Positions 40,013-55,155 of a stretch of 64,000 bases of DNA are shown in pieces (position 1 is the stretch's first letter; every line of letters begins with the position of its first letter). This stretch comes from Octopus vulgaris (lineage: Eukaryota). Location of the stretch: positions 63,736,001 to 63,800,000 of the forward strand of contig OX597820.1 of NCBI GenBank assembly GCA_951406725.2, written 5' to 3'. A program made the translations under genes and the position numbers. The notes under the pieces are model-generated. The model worked only from the letters and a program-made list of their open reading frames with translations. It was not told the DNA's origin and searched no databases.

Positions 40013-41346
40013 CATCGCCCTCCAATAATAGCAAATGTTTCTAATCGAAGCACTACGAAAGAAATAAGGCGTAAAGCGTTCAGCTAATTGAATGCACCAC
40101 AATATCTGTTTGTACCTCGGTTAGATGAAAGGGCAAGTTACCGCAGAGGAATTGGAAATCAGCACGTGCATGCAACACTAAAGGCTTTTCTTCTAACGGC
40201 CTAAAGTGCTTATTCAGGGATACAATACAGTACTGCTTGAAATAGCATGTATATTATCACTTGACCCTCTAGCAATAGCAGCAACCTCTTTTGGTCACAT
40301 CTTCACTGTGCTATATAAAAAGTCACATATTATATAAAATAAGCTTAGATATTTCTTATCGGCACAACATATTCCACATATCAGAGATAATCTCTGTGGG
40401 GTGATGCGGCAGAAAATCTATCCTGAATATCAGCCTACAACCTTAACTAAAAACCGCGGATCGCTACAAAAAAGTAAAAAGATACGTAACTGTGCCAGGA
40501 TTTCTTACGAGTAGCTTGATACGTTCAATGAGGTTTTGTTACAGTAACTGGTTTGTGTAATAAGTTTAAGTCGCAAGAACTGTTCAAACAGATTATGTTA
40601 CACAAACTCTGTGTATTTCTATACATAATATACAACAGTATTTATTTAAAACCTTTCGCCTCAGCAATCAAAGCCATCGATGAAGAATATTATTTTCCCT
40701 CTTAATATGCCAGAAACAGCAAGCAAATTCCATTCCCCGCAAAACACATCTTGAAGTCTTAAAGGAAATGCGAGCCCATACTGTAATCTATTATACATTT
40801 TTGATGTACTAGAAATAGTAGGTAATTCCTCCTAGAACACACACCACTATCTTTAAAGATTCGAAAGACATTTTGTGTAATGTAGTTGCGGAAAGCTTTC
40901 AAAAGGTTGGAAGTTATAGGCTAGACTACCTTAGAAAATATGGTTGATCTAAGGTTAGAAAACAACCGTATACCACAAGGCTACTATAACATCAAAGCTA
41001 AAATAATGACTTCAACACTACGAATTATTTCATTATTGCAATATATTATATGGTGTTGAGTTTTAACAATGGAGCAGAAATAAACGGCTCTGTTATGATT
41101 GGACGATAAGTGTGCAAACACTTAGAAAACTATATTGCTTGGTAAACAGTATAGCTAGGCAGAGTGCATCTGTTCACATACTGATTAATAAAAGCAAACC
41201 AGAATATTCAATTAGGCGTCTGTTCGATAGATTTGATAATTACAATATCACTTCAATTTAACCACACCAAGGGGCTAATCGTACTCATATAGAGTATCAT
41301 ACACAGAGACACACATACGCTTAACATACATACATGCATACATACA

Positions 41347-41381
<35 letters not shown>

Positions 41382-41497
41382 TCATATGAATATACACACA
41401 CGCATATATATATACATATGCACACGCATACAAACATACACACACACGCTCGCCCGCACACACACGCACATATTTGCATGTTTGTTTAGATATTTGC

Positions 41498-41534
<37 letters not shown>

Positions 41535-41860
41535 TCTTTGTACAATATGCACGTATATGTTGCTGTGTATATACATCCGTACATCCATCTAGCCATCCAT
41601 CCGTCCATTCATCCATGCCACAAACTCATATCCTCATACACAAAAACACATACACACACATACATATATATACACACACACACATATATATATGTGTATA
41701 TATATGTACATGTATTTACATGCATATGTACATATGTATGCATGGAAACGCACATGCACATATACGTGTGCATTATTTGTACAAATAGTATATATACATG
41801 TATAATTTTACAGATGTATATATATTCATATGTTAATATGTGTATGCATGTATGTATGCA

Positions 41861-41940
<80 letters not shown>

Positions 41941-42929
41941 CACATGGATACATACATGCATTCACTCATGTAATATATGAATATATAGAGATATATGCAT
42001 ATATGCATACGTGTGTGTGCGTGTGTGCATGTGTGTGTATGTGTGTATGTGTGCATGTATGTGAGTGCTTATTTGTGTATATGTATATATGTATATATTT
42101 ATAATCGTGATGTTATTAATTAATATTTCATGTCCTGATAAATCGGCATAATTAATTAGTATGATCGATTAACGAATAAGGAAGGCATAGAGAGCGGAAA
42201 GATAAGAGTGAGAATGGTAGAATGGTCTGTTTATTCATCATCCATTGATAAAATGGTTTGATTATCTCACTTGACGCCCCTTGGGAAAAATGAGCTATAA
42301 TTCACCAATCAAATACTGAGGCTGCCATTACTGCAGCCGCGGCTATTTATCTATCTGTACTTTATAACCTGCATTAATTTAAAATGTTGATAAGCATGAC
42401 GAGCTCGTCGTGGAAGAAAACAACAGTGGAAATAGACAGATGAACTAATAGTATGAATATAGCTGTATAGTTCTTTTACTCTTCTACTGGTTTCAAGGAG
42501 TGTACTATGGCTATCATTTGACACTCCTTCCTTGCAGTTTAGTCAGCTGTATCGGGCCAGATGCAATTTTCCAGAAGGCGAGTTGCCGAGTGGTTAGGGT
42601 GTTGCACTGACAATCGGTGTCTGGTGCTTTTACTCGAACATTTCATTTCACATCGCTCCAGTCCTCTCAGTTGTAAATATGTATGGGAGACTGCGACGGA
42701 TTGGCAACCATTTTTTGGACAATATTGTGATTCGATTCCTTATACGTAATGGAGAACGAGTAACCGTCCCTATGAGTCCTAGGAATCGAAGTCGTAATAT
42801 TCAGGCGCTGATTACTATTTCGCAGTCTTCTACATCTTTTATAGATTTCAGTAATTTATCAAATGCCTGAGTGAATTTTAAACGGTCAATTGTTGTGATC
42901 AAACGCCATGTATTATATGTTCCGAATCA

Positions 42930-43370
42930 TTGCACACCGACTTGAAATGCCATCGAAGACGTCTCTGCTTTTCGATGTACAAAGGAAATATCAGACGGTC
43001 AGACCAGAGCAGAGAATTAGGCAGAACTGTATTTGAGTATTTATTCTGGTCCTCTGCATTCTGAATTTTCGATCTGTTCTTTGAATCTGGTACCTGAACA
43101 GATCCAAATTGGTAGATTAATAACAATGTTAGCTCTCAAACATCGTGGGTTTATTCACTTGTCATACTCTCTTTCTATCTTCATTGTTCTGCTAAATTTG
43201 GTTACCTTGAGCAATAAAATTCCCCCTTGCTATCATGTTATTACGGTTTTACTCTAACTGTGCAGTATAATGGGCCAGTGTTTTCTGATTTGGCTTCAAG
43301 TTAACCATACAACGTTCTATTCTCTTCTTTCAGCAGTGAATCGGGTCGTAGTAGAGGCTGTAACTTTTCT
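42930..43370 (-). mobile_element. Degenerate RTE-like LINE C-terminal fragment
   Basis: IEKQRRLRWH resembles the RLRW.GH motif. Confidence 0.35.
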
Positions 43371-44863
43371 GATAGGTAGATGAACGGGAATATAGAATGT
43401 ACAATTGAAGTTACTGAACAAGATATGAAATTACAGAGACAGTGCAATGTCCAACATTATACACAAGTGTGTGTGTGTGTTTGTATGTTTATTTGTATGA
43501 AGGTGCAGCTTAAAAAGAAAGCATGCGATAATTGTTTCGGTGTTTCCAATACTTGTGTATTGAATGAAAAACTCCATTTGATAATCCAAGAAAAACTGGA
43601 AGAGATCTGGAAGAAACACAAGATGAAAAGTTGTGATAATAAGGTTCAGGATAAGGATTCCACTCCGAATATATTGCCGTATGATAAATACATTAATATC
43701 CACGTAGATCCGGTATTTCAGCGGGAAATAGTGCCAATTTTCGTAGCTATAGAGTGGTTCGTAGGACAGCTTTTGAGTCCCCAATTCAAGGAACGAGAGT
43801 CTACAAAGGAAAAAGTACCTTTACAGAAGAGACATAACTGCCACCCCCATAAACCCGTCACCGGGTGTAAACATCTCCTCGCTTCTAGCTCTAGCTGCGC
43901 TATTACCATTAATCAGATTATTTTTGAGTTCATATTTCGTGATCTTCTATCCTAACTATTTGTTAAATAATCGGTAAATAATTACATAAAGTGAATAAAT
44001 TGTTAGTTAAATAGCAATTAACTAATCTGTGAATCCTATTTCCGTGACAGGCTTATGTAAAATGAGCGACAAAATATTATCTAATTACAAATAAATCGTT
44101 GTTGATATAAACCTTACATAGTCTAAGACGTCATTTTCCGTGACGTATTCTGTTTAAAGTTTTGGTTAAATAATGATTAAATAATTATAAAATAATTAGG
44201 TATTAATTTAAATAACTATTATGTAGTCAGTCTATAGAAACTTTTCGTGATTATATCACATGTAAAGTTTACGTTAAGTCATCATTAAATAATTATCAGA
44301 TAATATGTTGGTTAAATAAACTATTCTAACTAAATTATCCTATAAAAAGTAGTTAACTTCTGAAACTAAAATTATAACGGTTACATAGACTATCGAAAAT
44401 ATTAGTTCCAGCATCGTAGTCAGTCTTCATGAATCAATAATCCTATGCAGACCTTTTCTGAAATATATTCCAATGGAAGCTCTTAATATATTTTTTTTCT
44501 TTTTTCTTTGTGGAGAAATAACTTTCATTATTTTATCTTTGGTACGTCTTCGTGGTACACTGACTATCAAACGTAAATAAATAAATAATTACTGCTGTAT
44601 TTACTATAGACATTCTAAGAAAAATCATGACTCATGAGAGAAGTATAGAAAATTCTTGAATATCTTGTTGTATTGATCACACATGTGTGTGTACTAAAGT
44701 GATGAATAACACGCTTTTCAAGACGCTCAGACATTAGCATGGCTGTTTTAAAGATTTAAATTGTATTTAAAAAAGCCACCCGCCCACATTGAGAACCACA
44801 TGGCTTATGCTATATACATAGGCACATACATACATATATAGATACATACATGTATTCGTGCTT

Positions 44864-44920
<57 letters not shown>

Positions 44921-44943
44921 ACTATATGTTTCAATGTATGTAT

Positions 44944-44989
<46 letters not shown>

Positions 44990-45016
44990 ACACACATACA
45001 TATATATATGTATGCG

Positions 45017-45057
<41 letters not shown>

Positions 45058-45088
45058 ATGAGTGTGTATGAGTGTGTTTATATCTATA

Positions 45089-45458
45089 CTAGCAGTATCG
45101 CCCGGCGTTGCTCGGGTTTGTAAGGGAAATAACTATAAAGCATTTTTAGAGAGTTATAGCAAAAAAATGGGGAAAAAATGATGGTAAATTTTTTTTAGTT
45201 AAAAAGGTCGAGTTGCGCCCCCTAGACAGTCTGTGGTTTGTGTTTCTGATTCTCGACCCCATGTCGAATTTATCGATTTTTTTCAGAACTGGGGGAACTT
45301 TTCAAAATTTTCGCTGCGTTAGTTTTGAATTATGACATTGGGCTATGTGTGTGTCAAGTTTCATCAGAATTGGTTGAAAGCCGTGGTCAGTGTGAGGGTA
45401 CAACCTGACAGACACACAGACACGCACACAGACAAACTGCCGTTTATATAGAGAGAGA
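45089..45458 (-). mobile_element. Complete non-autonomous Helitron
   Basis: Minus strand: A^TC 5' end, internal (GTCT/GT) repeats, 3' hairpin cccgagcaacgccggg, then CTAG^T. Confidence 0.8.
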
Positions 45459-46014
45459 TATCTATATCTATATCTACCTATCTGTCTCGCTGTATATATA
45501 TATATATGTGTGTGTGTGTGTATGTGTGTGTGTGTGTGTGTGTGTATACATATATTGGCGTTCTTTCACACATAAACAAAACACAATACAAACGTATACA
45601 AGTGTGCACACACTACACCACCTAGCTCACACTAACTGCTACACACAAGCATTTGCACATATGCGCACACAGAGACGCCTCAGACACAAAATATACACAG
45701 CCTCACACATATAAATACACGAAACACACATCACTCCACACAATGCACGCACTGGGTTACTTACAAACATATTTACACAGGCTCCGAAACGTACGCACGG
45801 GCTTATTTAATTTTTAGCACGCCCAGTAATACATTCGGACGAGCTCGATCCCAGTTACACATACACACTCACGCACAATTTTCTTACATACACACATGCG
45901 CTTGCGCACTATAGTCCAGCCGGATTACTGTTATTATCTCCCCTTCACTGTGCCTCATTTTTTCTGCCATTTTATCATGTTGAACGGTATATGTTTGTAT
46001 ATATATATATATTA

Positions 46015-46560
46015 TGTCAGGTCACTTTCGAATGCTACTGGTCACATGTAAACCAGTACAATCTGTTGCATGGTCGGGCCGTCGGCGTCTAAACCAGCAA
46101 CCCCACCAAGCTTGCTTGGTGAGGAGGTTGTTTACTGGACACCCTGCGGGATGAAAAATAAAACCCGTCAAAGAGCGGAGGAACTCTTGAGAGTCAACGG
46201 CCATCCAATAAATGTGTATTATTTTTTAAGGCTTAAGGCTGTATCATGTGCGGGGACATAGAAATAATCGGACTGAATACCCGATCGCGCGGTTAAACCA
46301 TTGGGAGTGAAGGACTCCTAGCCTTTGTTAGGGCATTCTTCTAGAAGGTAACTCAGGTAACTAGGATGAGTTCGACATAAAACCTGCGGCCAAGCGGTTA
46401 CCGATGATGTTGACTTGTTCTTCTTTTCGGATTATGGCTGCTGTTGCTTAGTGAGTGGGATTGACTCAGTGCACAGCCTTTCCTCACTTAAAAAAAATCT
46501 TGTTGCACAGGCATTGCACGATAGCAACATTGTTCATGATTGTTGATAGTGCTGTGAGTC
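46015..46560 (+). mobile_element. GC-balanced, hairpin-rich repeat, possibly an RTE 5' UTR-derived element
   Basis: Hairpins actggt..accagt, caccaag/cttggtg and agtgag..ctcact; no ORF; family assignment from recall only. Confidence 0.4.
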
Positions 46561-46699
46561 TCAACTGATTAGCTGGCTGTAGCATTAAAAAGCAAATAAA
46601 AATCACATTCGATCACAGCACCAATCACAGTTAAGCTTCGTGCACTGGCCATAGTCAATAACGAGGTGGAAGTTATAATAATATATATATATATATATA

Positions 46700-46915
46700 T
46701 GTTTGCGTATATGTTTGTGCCCCCCCCCCCAACATCGCTTGACAACCGATGCTGGAGTGTTTACGTCCCCGTTAGCTAGCGGTTCGGCAAAAGAGACCGA
46801 TAGACTAAGTACTAGGCTTACAAAGAATAAGTCCTGGGGTCGATTTACTCGACTAAAGGCGGTGCTCCAGCATGGCCGTAGTCAAATGACTGAAACAAGT
46901 AACAGAGAGTAAAAG
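46700..46915 (+). mobile_element. SINE 3' part (family of 18650-18969)
   Basis: catcgcttgacaaccgatgctgg...aagtactaggcttacaaagaataagtcctggggtcg...ggcggtgctccagcatggcc. Confidence 0.75.
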
Positions 46916-47441
46916 ATAAAGTAGTAAAAATAGCATATAATTAAGTCTCCAATCGTAATTTGCCTCATTAAGAGAAAAGAAAGAACGTTTTCCTAACTAC
47001 AAAACGCGAACCAATAAGAGAATTTTATACTCTCTTTAGTAGCGACATTCTAGTACTAGATAGAATGTATCTGAATATCAGAGGAGATTCTAACGGTTAC
47101 AACTCTTTCATCTAGTGAATTACGACTGACCAGAAAATGAAAAAAAAAAACACCTTTAAGAACCAATACAGACTGTGCATTCGTATTTGGTTACATGGGA
47201 CAATGGTAAGCAGGATATATTAGCCTTGCAATGATAAAGAAACACTCATCCTATCCATGGTACACACGCGCACACACACACATGCACACACATATATAAA
47301 TACAGATATGTATACATATATTTATATATAAATATATACATACATATATATATACATATATATACACATTATATATATACATAGATACATATATATATAT
47401 ACATATATATATACATACATACATAGATACACTCACATATA

Positions 47442-47475
<34 letters not shown>

Positions 47476-47496
47476 CAGACATAGATACATACATAG

Positions 47497-47945
<449 letters not shown>

Positions 47946-48984
47946 CAAGGTGATATATATCATGCACTTTGCAGAAATATTCCGAGCTATGGTCACATTG
48001 GTACATTTTAAACGCTTTTGATAATTTCTTCTCAATCCTGTAAAATGCTTGTAATATAGTATTACAATTCGAATAATACCGATACCTATTAAACCGTTCT
48101 CCCTATTTGTCAACCAACGTCTAAAATCATGTTACAATGCTGTTCTCCAATTCAACTTTTTACTATCAATTTAGATTTCGGTGTCGTTTCCTTTGTGTCT
48201 TTGACTGGAATTTATAATTAAACTAAAGATGATTTCCCTGCCTTACAACTTTGGTTTATATTAAAAGGAATTCCTCACTAAAATTCAGGTCAAATATTAT
48301 CCTGTCAAGAAGTCGAATGTGGACGTTTTTCTTGCCAAGAACTCGAGTGTCATTGCTTTTTGCCAAGATATCGACTATCAATTTTTTTTCCTCTGAAAGG
48401 ATCGACTATCAACATCTCAACTGTATGCGTTTCTTCTGTGTAGAATTAGACTGTGAAGATTTCTCCTGTAGAAGAATCAACGGTAAATATATTCATTGTC
48501 AACTTTTCGAGTGTCATTGTTACCACTCTCAAAATTTAGTCTGTCATCATTTCACTGTCGCTTTTTCGATTGTCAAATTTCCATTACCAACCTAATCCTT
48601 GAGAAGCATTTCAAGGGATGACACTAATTTATTTATTTACTTATTTATTTGGTTTGTATTTTACTCATATGTAAGCTTCGATCTAACGAACTTCTGAGAA
48701 AATTTGGACTATATGTGACAATTTCCGACACTTTTCTCGGCTTTAATCTGGATTAATCTTCGTTCACTTTCAAGAGGGAATATAATTTGAGGAATAGGTG
48801 GTTGCTATTTTCTAAAAGATCAAGGAATCGTGTAGAGACTGACCTGATGGAACCCCCTTAAATACAATGATTGATTAAAGATAAAGCTTTTGAGTTCAAC
48901 ATTACAATACGTTGAAACATTTGAAAATTTTCGGTTATTTAAATAAAACCTCTATAATACATGTTTCACATTCTAGTACAGGGC

Positions 48985-49415
48985 TAGCCTTTTTGAGTGA
49001 GGGGTAAGTCGCTAACATCGACCCTAATGTTCAACTGGTACATATTTTATCGATGTTGACAGGATGAAAGGCAACATCAACCTCAGCAGAATTTGAACTC
49101 AGGTGATAAGAGCAGGCAAAGTGGCGTTAAGCATTTTGCTCGGCCTGCTAACAATTCTGCCAGATCGCTCCCTTCGAACTACTCTAATATTAAGCACATC
49201 AGGCAACGAGCTTGCAGAAACGTTAACACGACGGGCGAAATGCTTAGCAGTAGTTCGTCTGTCTTTACGTTATGAGTTCAAATTCTGCCTAGGTCAAATT
49301 TTCCTTTCATCCTTTCGGGGTCGAAAAATTAAATACCTGGTGCGTACTGCGATCGATCTAATCAACAGCCCCCCCTCCCTCAGAATTTCGGGCCTTGTGC
49401 CTAGAGTACAAAGGA
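48985..49415. mobile_element. Two Deu/Nin-like SINEs, head-to-head (minus then plus)
   Basis: Minus unit ~48985-49170; plus unit ~49200-49415. Confidence 0.65.
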
Positions 49416-50604
49416 ATATTAAGCACATCATATATTATCTCAACACAACTTATTAATTCTGGTACGGAATATATATGAGCCAATGCACACTTGTCATATA
49501 ACAAAATCTAAATTACCATAATTCTCATTCGATATTTACATCTTATTCAATATTTACATCTTATTAAACATAAAACAATCAATAAATAAATATTGAAAGA
49601 TAGAAACAAAATTTATTTTCAAATAGGAAAAAAAAAATTATTTTCGCTAACCATGCAAGGTTTTTATTAAAATACATCAGTCTTGAAAGAATCAAACGAA
49701 CTGGAATGTGTAGATAAGAACGGCAAAATACACCTGTGAAAATACGGATATGTACCTAGCAAACTCTCGGCAACAATCTATGAAAATAGTAATAGCAGTA
49801 TGAATAAGGATATTCTAATTATTGCAATTAGTAAAATTAATAGCTAGTAATACTACTGTTGCTGCTAGTGGAAGTTGTACTACTGCTGGTGGTGATAGTC
49901 GTAGTAGTAGTAGTAGTAGTAGTAGTAGTAAGAGGAGGAGGAAGAGGAGGGGAAAAAGGACCAGGAGGATTCTGTAGGGGGCTAACGGGGTTGGGGATTG
50001 GCTAAATGGTTACAGCGGCGGAAAAAAACAATCTTTACATTATTTCTTTTTGATCTTTACGATCTGAGATCAAATCTAGCAGAGATCAAATTTAACATTC
50101 ATCTTTTTCACGTCGATAAATAAAGTACAAATATTGAGGCCGGGAATATCGACTGCGGGCCCTTCCCTTCAAAACTGATGTGGGGCAGAAGTTTTAGAGA
50201 GCCAGAGGAAGTAATTTGATGTTTCTTCTGCTTCTAAACATTGTATGTTGACATCTCGCCGAAGTCAACTATACCTGTCTCTTCCTAGAATGAAATAAAT
50301 TATCTCTAAACTACGGTCGCTGACGGTATCGACTAAATTCACCCCAAAGAGGTGTGTGCGTGTATGTATGTGTGTGTGTGTGTGTGTGTGTTGTGTGTGT
50401 GTGTATGCGTACATGCATATATGTATATATAACAAAGTAAAATTGGGAGACACCGCACGATTGAAAATATATAGGGAAGAGGATTTGAAAATGCAGCGGT
50501 CTTTTAAAGACTTGACCGGTTTCACCGTTATTAGAAAAAAAGATTTTCAGAATTAAAGTGCAAAGCTTTGTGTAACCTTTGTGGCGTTAAATATTAGTTA
50601 ACAG

Positions 50605-50828
50605 AAAGGGCAGAATTGTTGGCAAGTCGGGCGAAATGCTTAGCAGTACTTCGTCCGCCGCTACGTTCTGAGTTCAAATTGGGCCAAGGTCGACTTTGCC
50701 TTTCATCCTTTCGGGGTTGATTAAATAAGTACCAGTTAAGCACTGGGGTCGATGTAATCGACTTAATACCTTTGTCTCTCCTTGTTTGTCCCCCTCCATG
50801 TTTACCGCTCTGTGGGCAATAAAGAAGT
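50605..50828 (+). mobile_element. Deu/Nin-like SINE with tail ending gtgggcaataaagaa
   Basis: gttctgagttcaaatt..ggtcgactttgcctttcatcctttcgggg. Confidence 0.75.
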
Positions 50829-51043
50829 AAAATATTAGTTAACATAGATGTATTAAAATACAGTCATAGAGTCTTTGACAATAAGAAAATGTTAAGATAG
50901 GCTATGAGTTTAAACTGTTTGCATAAAAGTGTTCAAAATAGGCAGTAAAAAAGTTCATAAGAAATCATAATTGTTTATGAGAATTTTAGAGGAATGACCA
51001 ACCTTTCTCTACATCTCCTGTCTTGTATATGTGTTTCGAAAGG

Positions 51044-51079
<36 letters not shown>

Positions 51080-51580
51080 ATATAAAACAAGTAAACTAGC
51101 ACGTTGAGAAAATATCTATTAGAGACGAAAGCAGTATTTATACGGAGGAGTAATCTTTATCTCCACCTAACCACGGTTGTACTCTAAGAATAGACAATAT
51201 TACTGTTTTAACCCTAAGTGGACGCCTCCTCCAGCTCGTTATCTAGGGTTCTTCGCACTCGATATATATTGCAAACGGGGAGAGAAATCCCACCTATTCA
51301 AGCTCCGAGATAACCAGACCGCGCGACAATGAGCCCAATTTGTTCAGTGTCACCATCTATCAGGAATCCGAGGACACTGAACAAACAGGGTATTTTCACA
51401 GCTTTTTGCTATAAGAGAGGTAACTGCAGTGAATTTGCATTTTAGTAGTTGAAATGTGTCGCAAACATATTTTAACTAACCTAAAATTTACATATGTCTA
51501 AACACTGCCGGGCGCTAGCATTACGTTTCACATGTGCTTGAGCATGTGTGTGCGCGTAACATGCCACAGAAATCAAAAAT

Positions 51581-51627
<47 letters not shown>

Positions 51628-51831
51628 AGCCCGCAAAATATCTTTCTTGAAATATCCTTTCTCGTGACGCTTTATTTATAATATAATTTCACTCAAATTT
51701 TGTTTATGATAGAATTCCAATTTGAGAGAGTGAATTTAATTTCACTCACCCCGCTAACTTTTCAAGGTAAATATATGCCGTTATTATATTTTTAATATAA
51801 GTTTATTAAAAATATTTTAAATATTAAGCTT

Positions 51832-51865
<34 letters not shown>

Positions 51866-52599
51866 TACTATTATTATTATCATTTTTGCTGAGAAGATTT
51901 ACACATATATCAACGTAATACATCTTTATGCCCCTGTTAAACTGAATACATTGGATATCCTGATACATTCACGTGATGATGATAAACATTATTAAGACTA
52001 TGATTGTTCTCTATATAATATTCCACAAACTGAAGCTTATACCAACAAGTCATATGTATTATTTTAATTACGATACCATTTCCCTTCTAATGTTTCGATG
52101 TGCAGGTTTTCATGTATTACAGAAATATTCGCATTCAATCTTTAAACTACCATTTGTTTGTTTTTTATATATAAGAGGAAAGTTAAATCCGATGCCCTTT
52201 AACGAAGCCACGGAGACTAGTTGAAGGGAAAATGGACGAAGTGTATCCTAAAGAGGAAACTTGTCATGAACGCATGCAACCAAGTAGATTCACTAAAGGC
52301 CTACAGGGTGTCATGAAGTTGTCTTAAACCGGGCAATGGATTAAGTCTACCATATGAAATAGTTTGTGAACATGAGTGGATCCTTTCACAATACTACTGT
52401 TTCAATTCGTACTTTAAATAAATTTTAAGAATTCCAGAATATCAACATAAAAAAAAATTGGTAAATGAGATAATCTTTCACTTGACTCTCCTCCATTCGT
52501 AATAAATGTGTTAGAATTACATAAATTAACTTTTAGACAATCAAATTGCGCAATACATTATGATCAATGAGTCTATTCCTGTATCACTTTACATTAGAT

Positions 52600-53176
52600 A
52601 TTCTTTTCTTCTCTAGGCACAAGAGAAGGGGAATGGGGAAAGTCGATTAGATCGACCCCAGTACGCAACTGGTGCTTAATTTATCGACCCCGAAAGGATA
52701 AAAGGCAAAATCTACTTAGGCGGAATTTGAACTCAGAACGTAAAGACTGACGAAATACCTATTCCTTTACTACCCACAAGGGGTTGAACACAGAGAGGAC
52801 AAACAAGGACAGACAAACGGATTAAGTCGATTGTATCGACCCCAGTGCGTAACCGGTATTTATTTAATCGACCCTGAAACGATGAAAGGCAAAGTCGACC
52901 TCGGCGGAATTTGAACTCAGAACGTAACGGCAGACGAAATACCTATTTCTTTACTACCCACAAGTGGTTGAACACAGAGAGGACAAACAAAGACAGAGAC
53001 ACGAATTAAGTCGATTACATCGATCCCAGTGCGTAACTGGTACTTATTTAATCGACCCCGAAAGGATGAAAGGCAAAGTCCGCATCGGCGGAATTTGAAC
53101 TCAGAACTTAACGGCAGACGAAATACGGCTTCCTATTTCGCCCGGCGTGCTAACGTCTCTGTCAGCTCGCCGCCTT
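52600..53176 (-). mobile_element. Tandem array of three Deu/Nin-like SINE units, ~183 bp period
   Basis: gat(g/a)aaaggcaaa at ~52697, ~52881 and ~53065. Confidence 0.8.
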
Positions 53177-53538
53177 AATCTATATTAGATAATATCCGCT
53201 ATATAAAGAACTGTGTACAGTTTTCATTTGTCACATGAAACATAACCATTGGGAGAAAACTAACAGATGAATATATTGACAAACCTAACGTTATGAAGAA
53301 AATTCACCAGTAGGAATAATTTATAGTCATGCGTGGCTGTGTGGTAAGCAGTTTGCATTTCAACCAAATGTTTACGTGTTCGATCCCAGTGCGTGAAACA
53401 TTCTGCAGTAATCTTCTATTATAGCCTCGGAAAGATCAAAGCTTTGTGGTGGGATTTGGTAGACGGAAACTGAAAGAATGTAAGACGCCCCTCGTACATA
53501 CACACACAAACACACATACATACGGATAAACATACTTC

Positions 53539-53575
<37 letters not shown>

Positions 53576-53602
53576 GTGTGAGTGTGTGTGTATATGTATG
53601 TG

Positions 53603-53624
<22 letters not shown>

Positions 53625-53638
<14 letters not shown>

Positions 53639-55057
53639 TGAGAATGTGTGTCTGTCTGTTTGTCTGTCTTTGTGTTTCCCTAAAACTTGAGAAATACACA
53701 ACCAATTTCATTCAAATTTTACACATGCCTTACTTAGGGTCCATGTAGTTTTACGGGCAAAAAAATGTTCAACTTGTTGCCTAGGGCGAGCCCATAGCAA
53801 TGTCATATCTTCTCCACTATTTCAGTATTACGTGTTAAATGTGAAACAAAAACATTTCTCTATTTTAGGTCAGATACTTTCACTTTAACAATAAAAATTA
53901 GAGATAATAATAACAATTGAATTATATGTAGTAAGTAATAATTAAAATCAAACTAAAGTATAATATAATCGTAGCATAACAAAAGTAAAAAATAGCAATT
54001 GGTATAAAATTGCATCAATGACTTGAACTTGAATAAGTGGTTTCACATAAATGGGAATAAATTAAAAATAAAATTAGCATGCAGAAATGGAATAGTCCAG
54101 ATGGACTATTATACATAAAGGACTGTAACGTAAGGTTTGTTGTTATTATTATTACTGTTAAACTATTGTTATCACGTTTGTTGGTTCCTCGTAAGGGAAC
54201 CGTTGTCGTGTTGCATTTGTTAAATAATTGTAAACTGTAACCCTCCCCCTTTGGGAGGGTTACAGTTTACAACCAAGGAGTTTTGGTTATTGTTTAAAAA
54301 TTGAACTGTGTCTCTGTTTGGGGAAATTGACAATATTTTCACCGTTTACACGGAAGCATTTTTCTTAGAATGCCTTCGATAGAAGAAAGTCCAAAAATAA
54401 ATGTCGCTGCAGCCGTTGGCGGGCGCGAACTCATTAAAATTAAAATGGAAGAAAGACAAACCTATTTCGAATTGATCACCGACAAAGACGGTGAATCTAG
54501 GATAACACCACCAAACGAAATAAAAAAATTAAATTAAAGGAAAGACTATTATCTATAAAGTATACAAAGTAGAGAAAAAAAAAGATTTGAACACCTGGAG
54601 GAAAGCACCGTCGAAAGGAGTCTTGGTGCGACTATGAAAGGGAGTGTTTGTCTAGGATTGGACTAGACAGCAACAGCAGGAGATGGATTAGAACATGAAA
54701 TGTAAAAGCCGGACTAGATTATTTTATGCGCAACTCCATTGTCTCCCGAGACAGAAACGATGCCAACAACACTATATATGGATTTCGTAGACAGGAACTG
54801 AAACAAATCAATCGTATATACATGTACGTATATATGTAAGTGTATGTGTGTGTTTTCTCTCTGTTTCGCCCTCATCACTGCTTCACAACTGCTGTTCATT
54901 TATTTACATCCACTTAACTTACTGGTTTTACAAGAATAATCTAATAGAATAAGTACTAGGCTTATCAACATAAAAAAGCACTAGGCTGTGTCTCATATTT
55001 TTGTTTGCCCACTCAGTTGTATCTATCTATCTATCTATCTTTGTATGTGTGTGTGTA

Positions 55058-55092
<35 letters not shown>

Positions 55093-55103
55093 ATATCTAT
55101 CTA

Positions 55104-55155
<52 letters not shown>

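Noticed and set aside
43380-43955. 191 aa ORF as a host gene
   Set aside because: Contains a (TG)n tract, shows no recognisable domain, and adjoins decayed LINE sequence
52600-53176. CRISPR-like repeat array
   Set aside because: Units are ~183 bp SINE copies without unique spacers, in eukaryotic DNA
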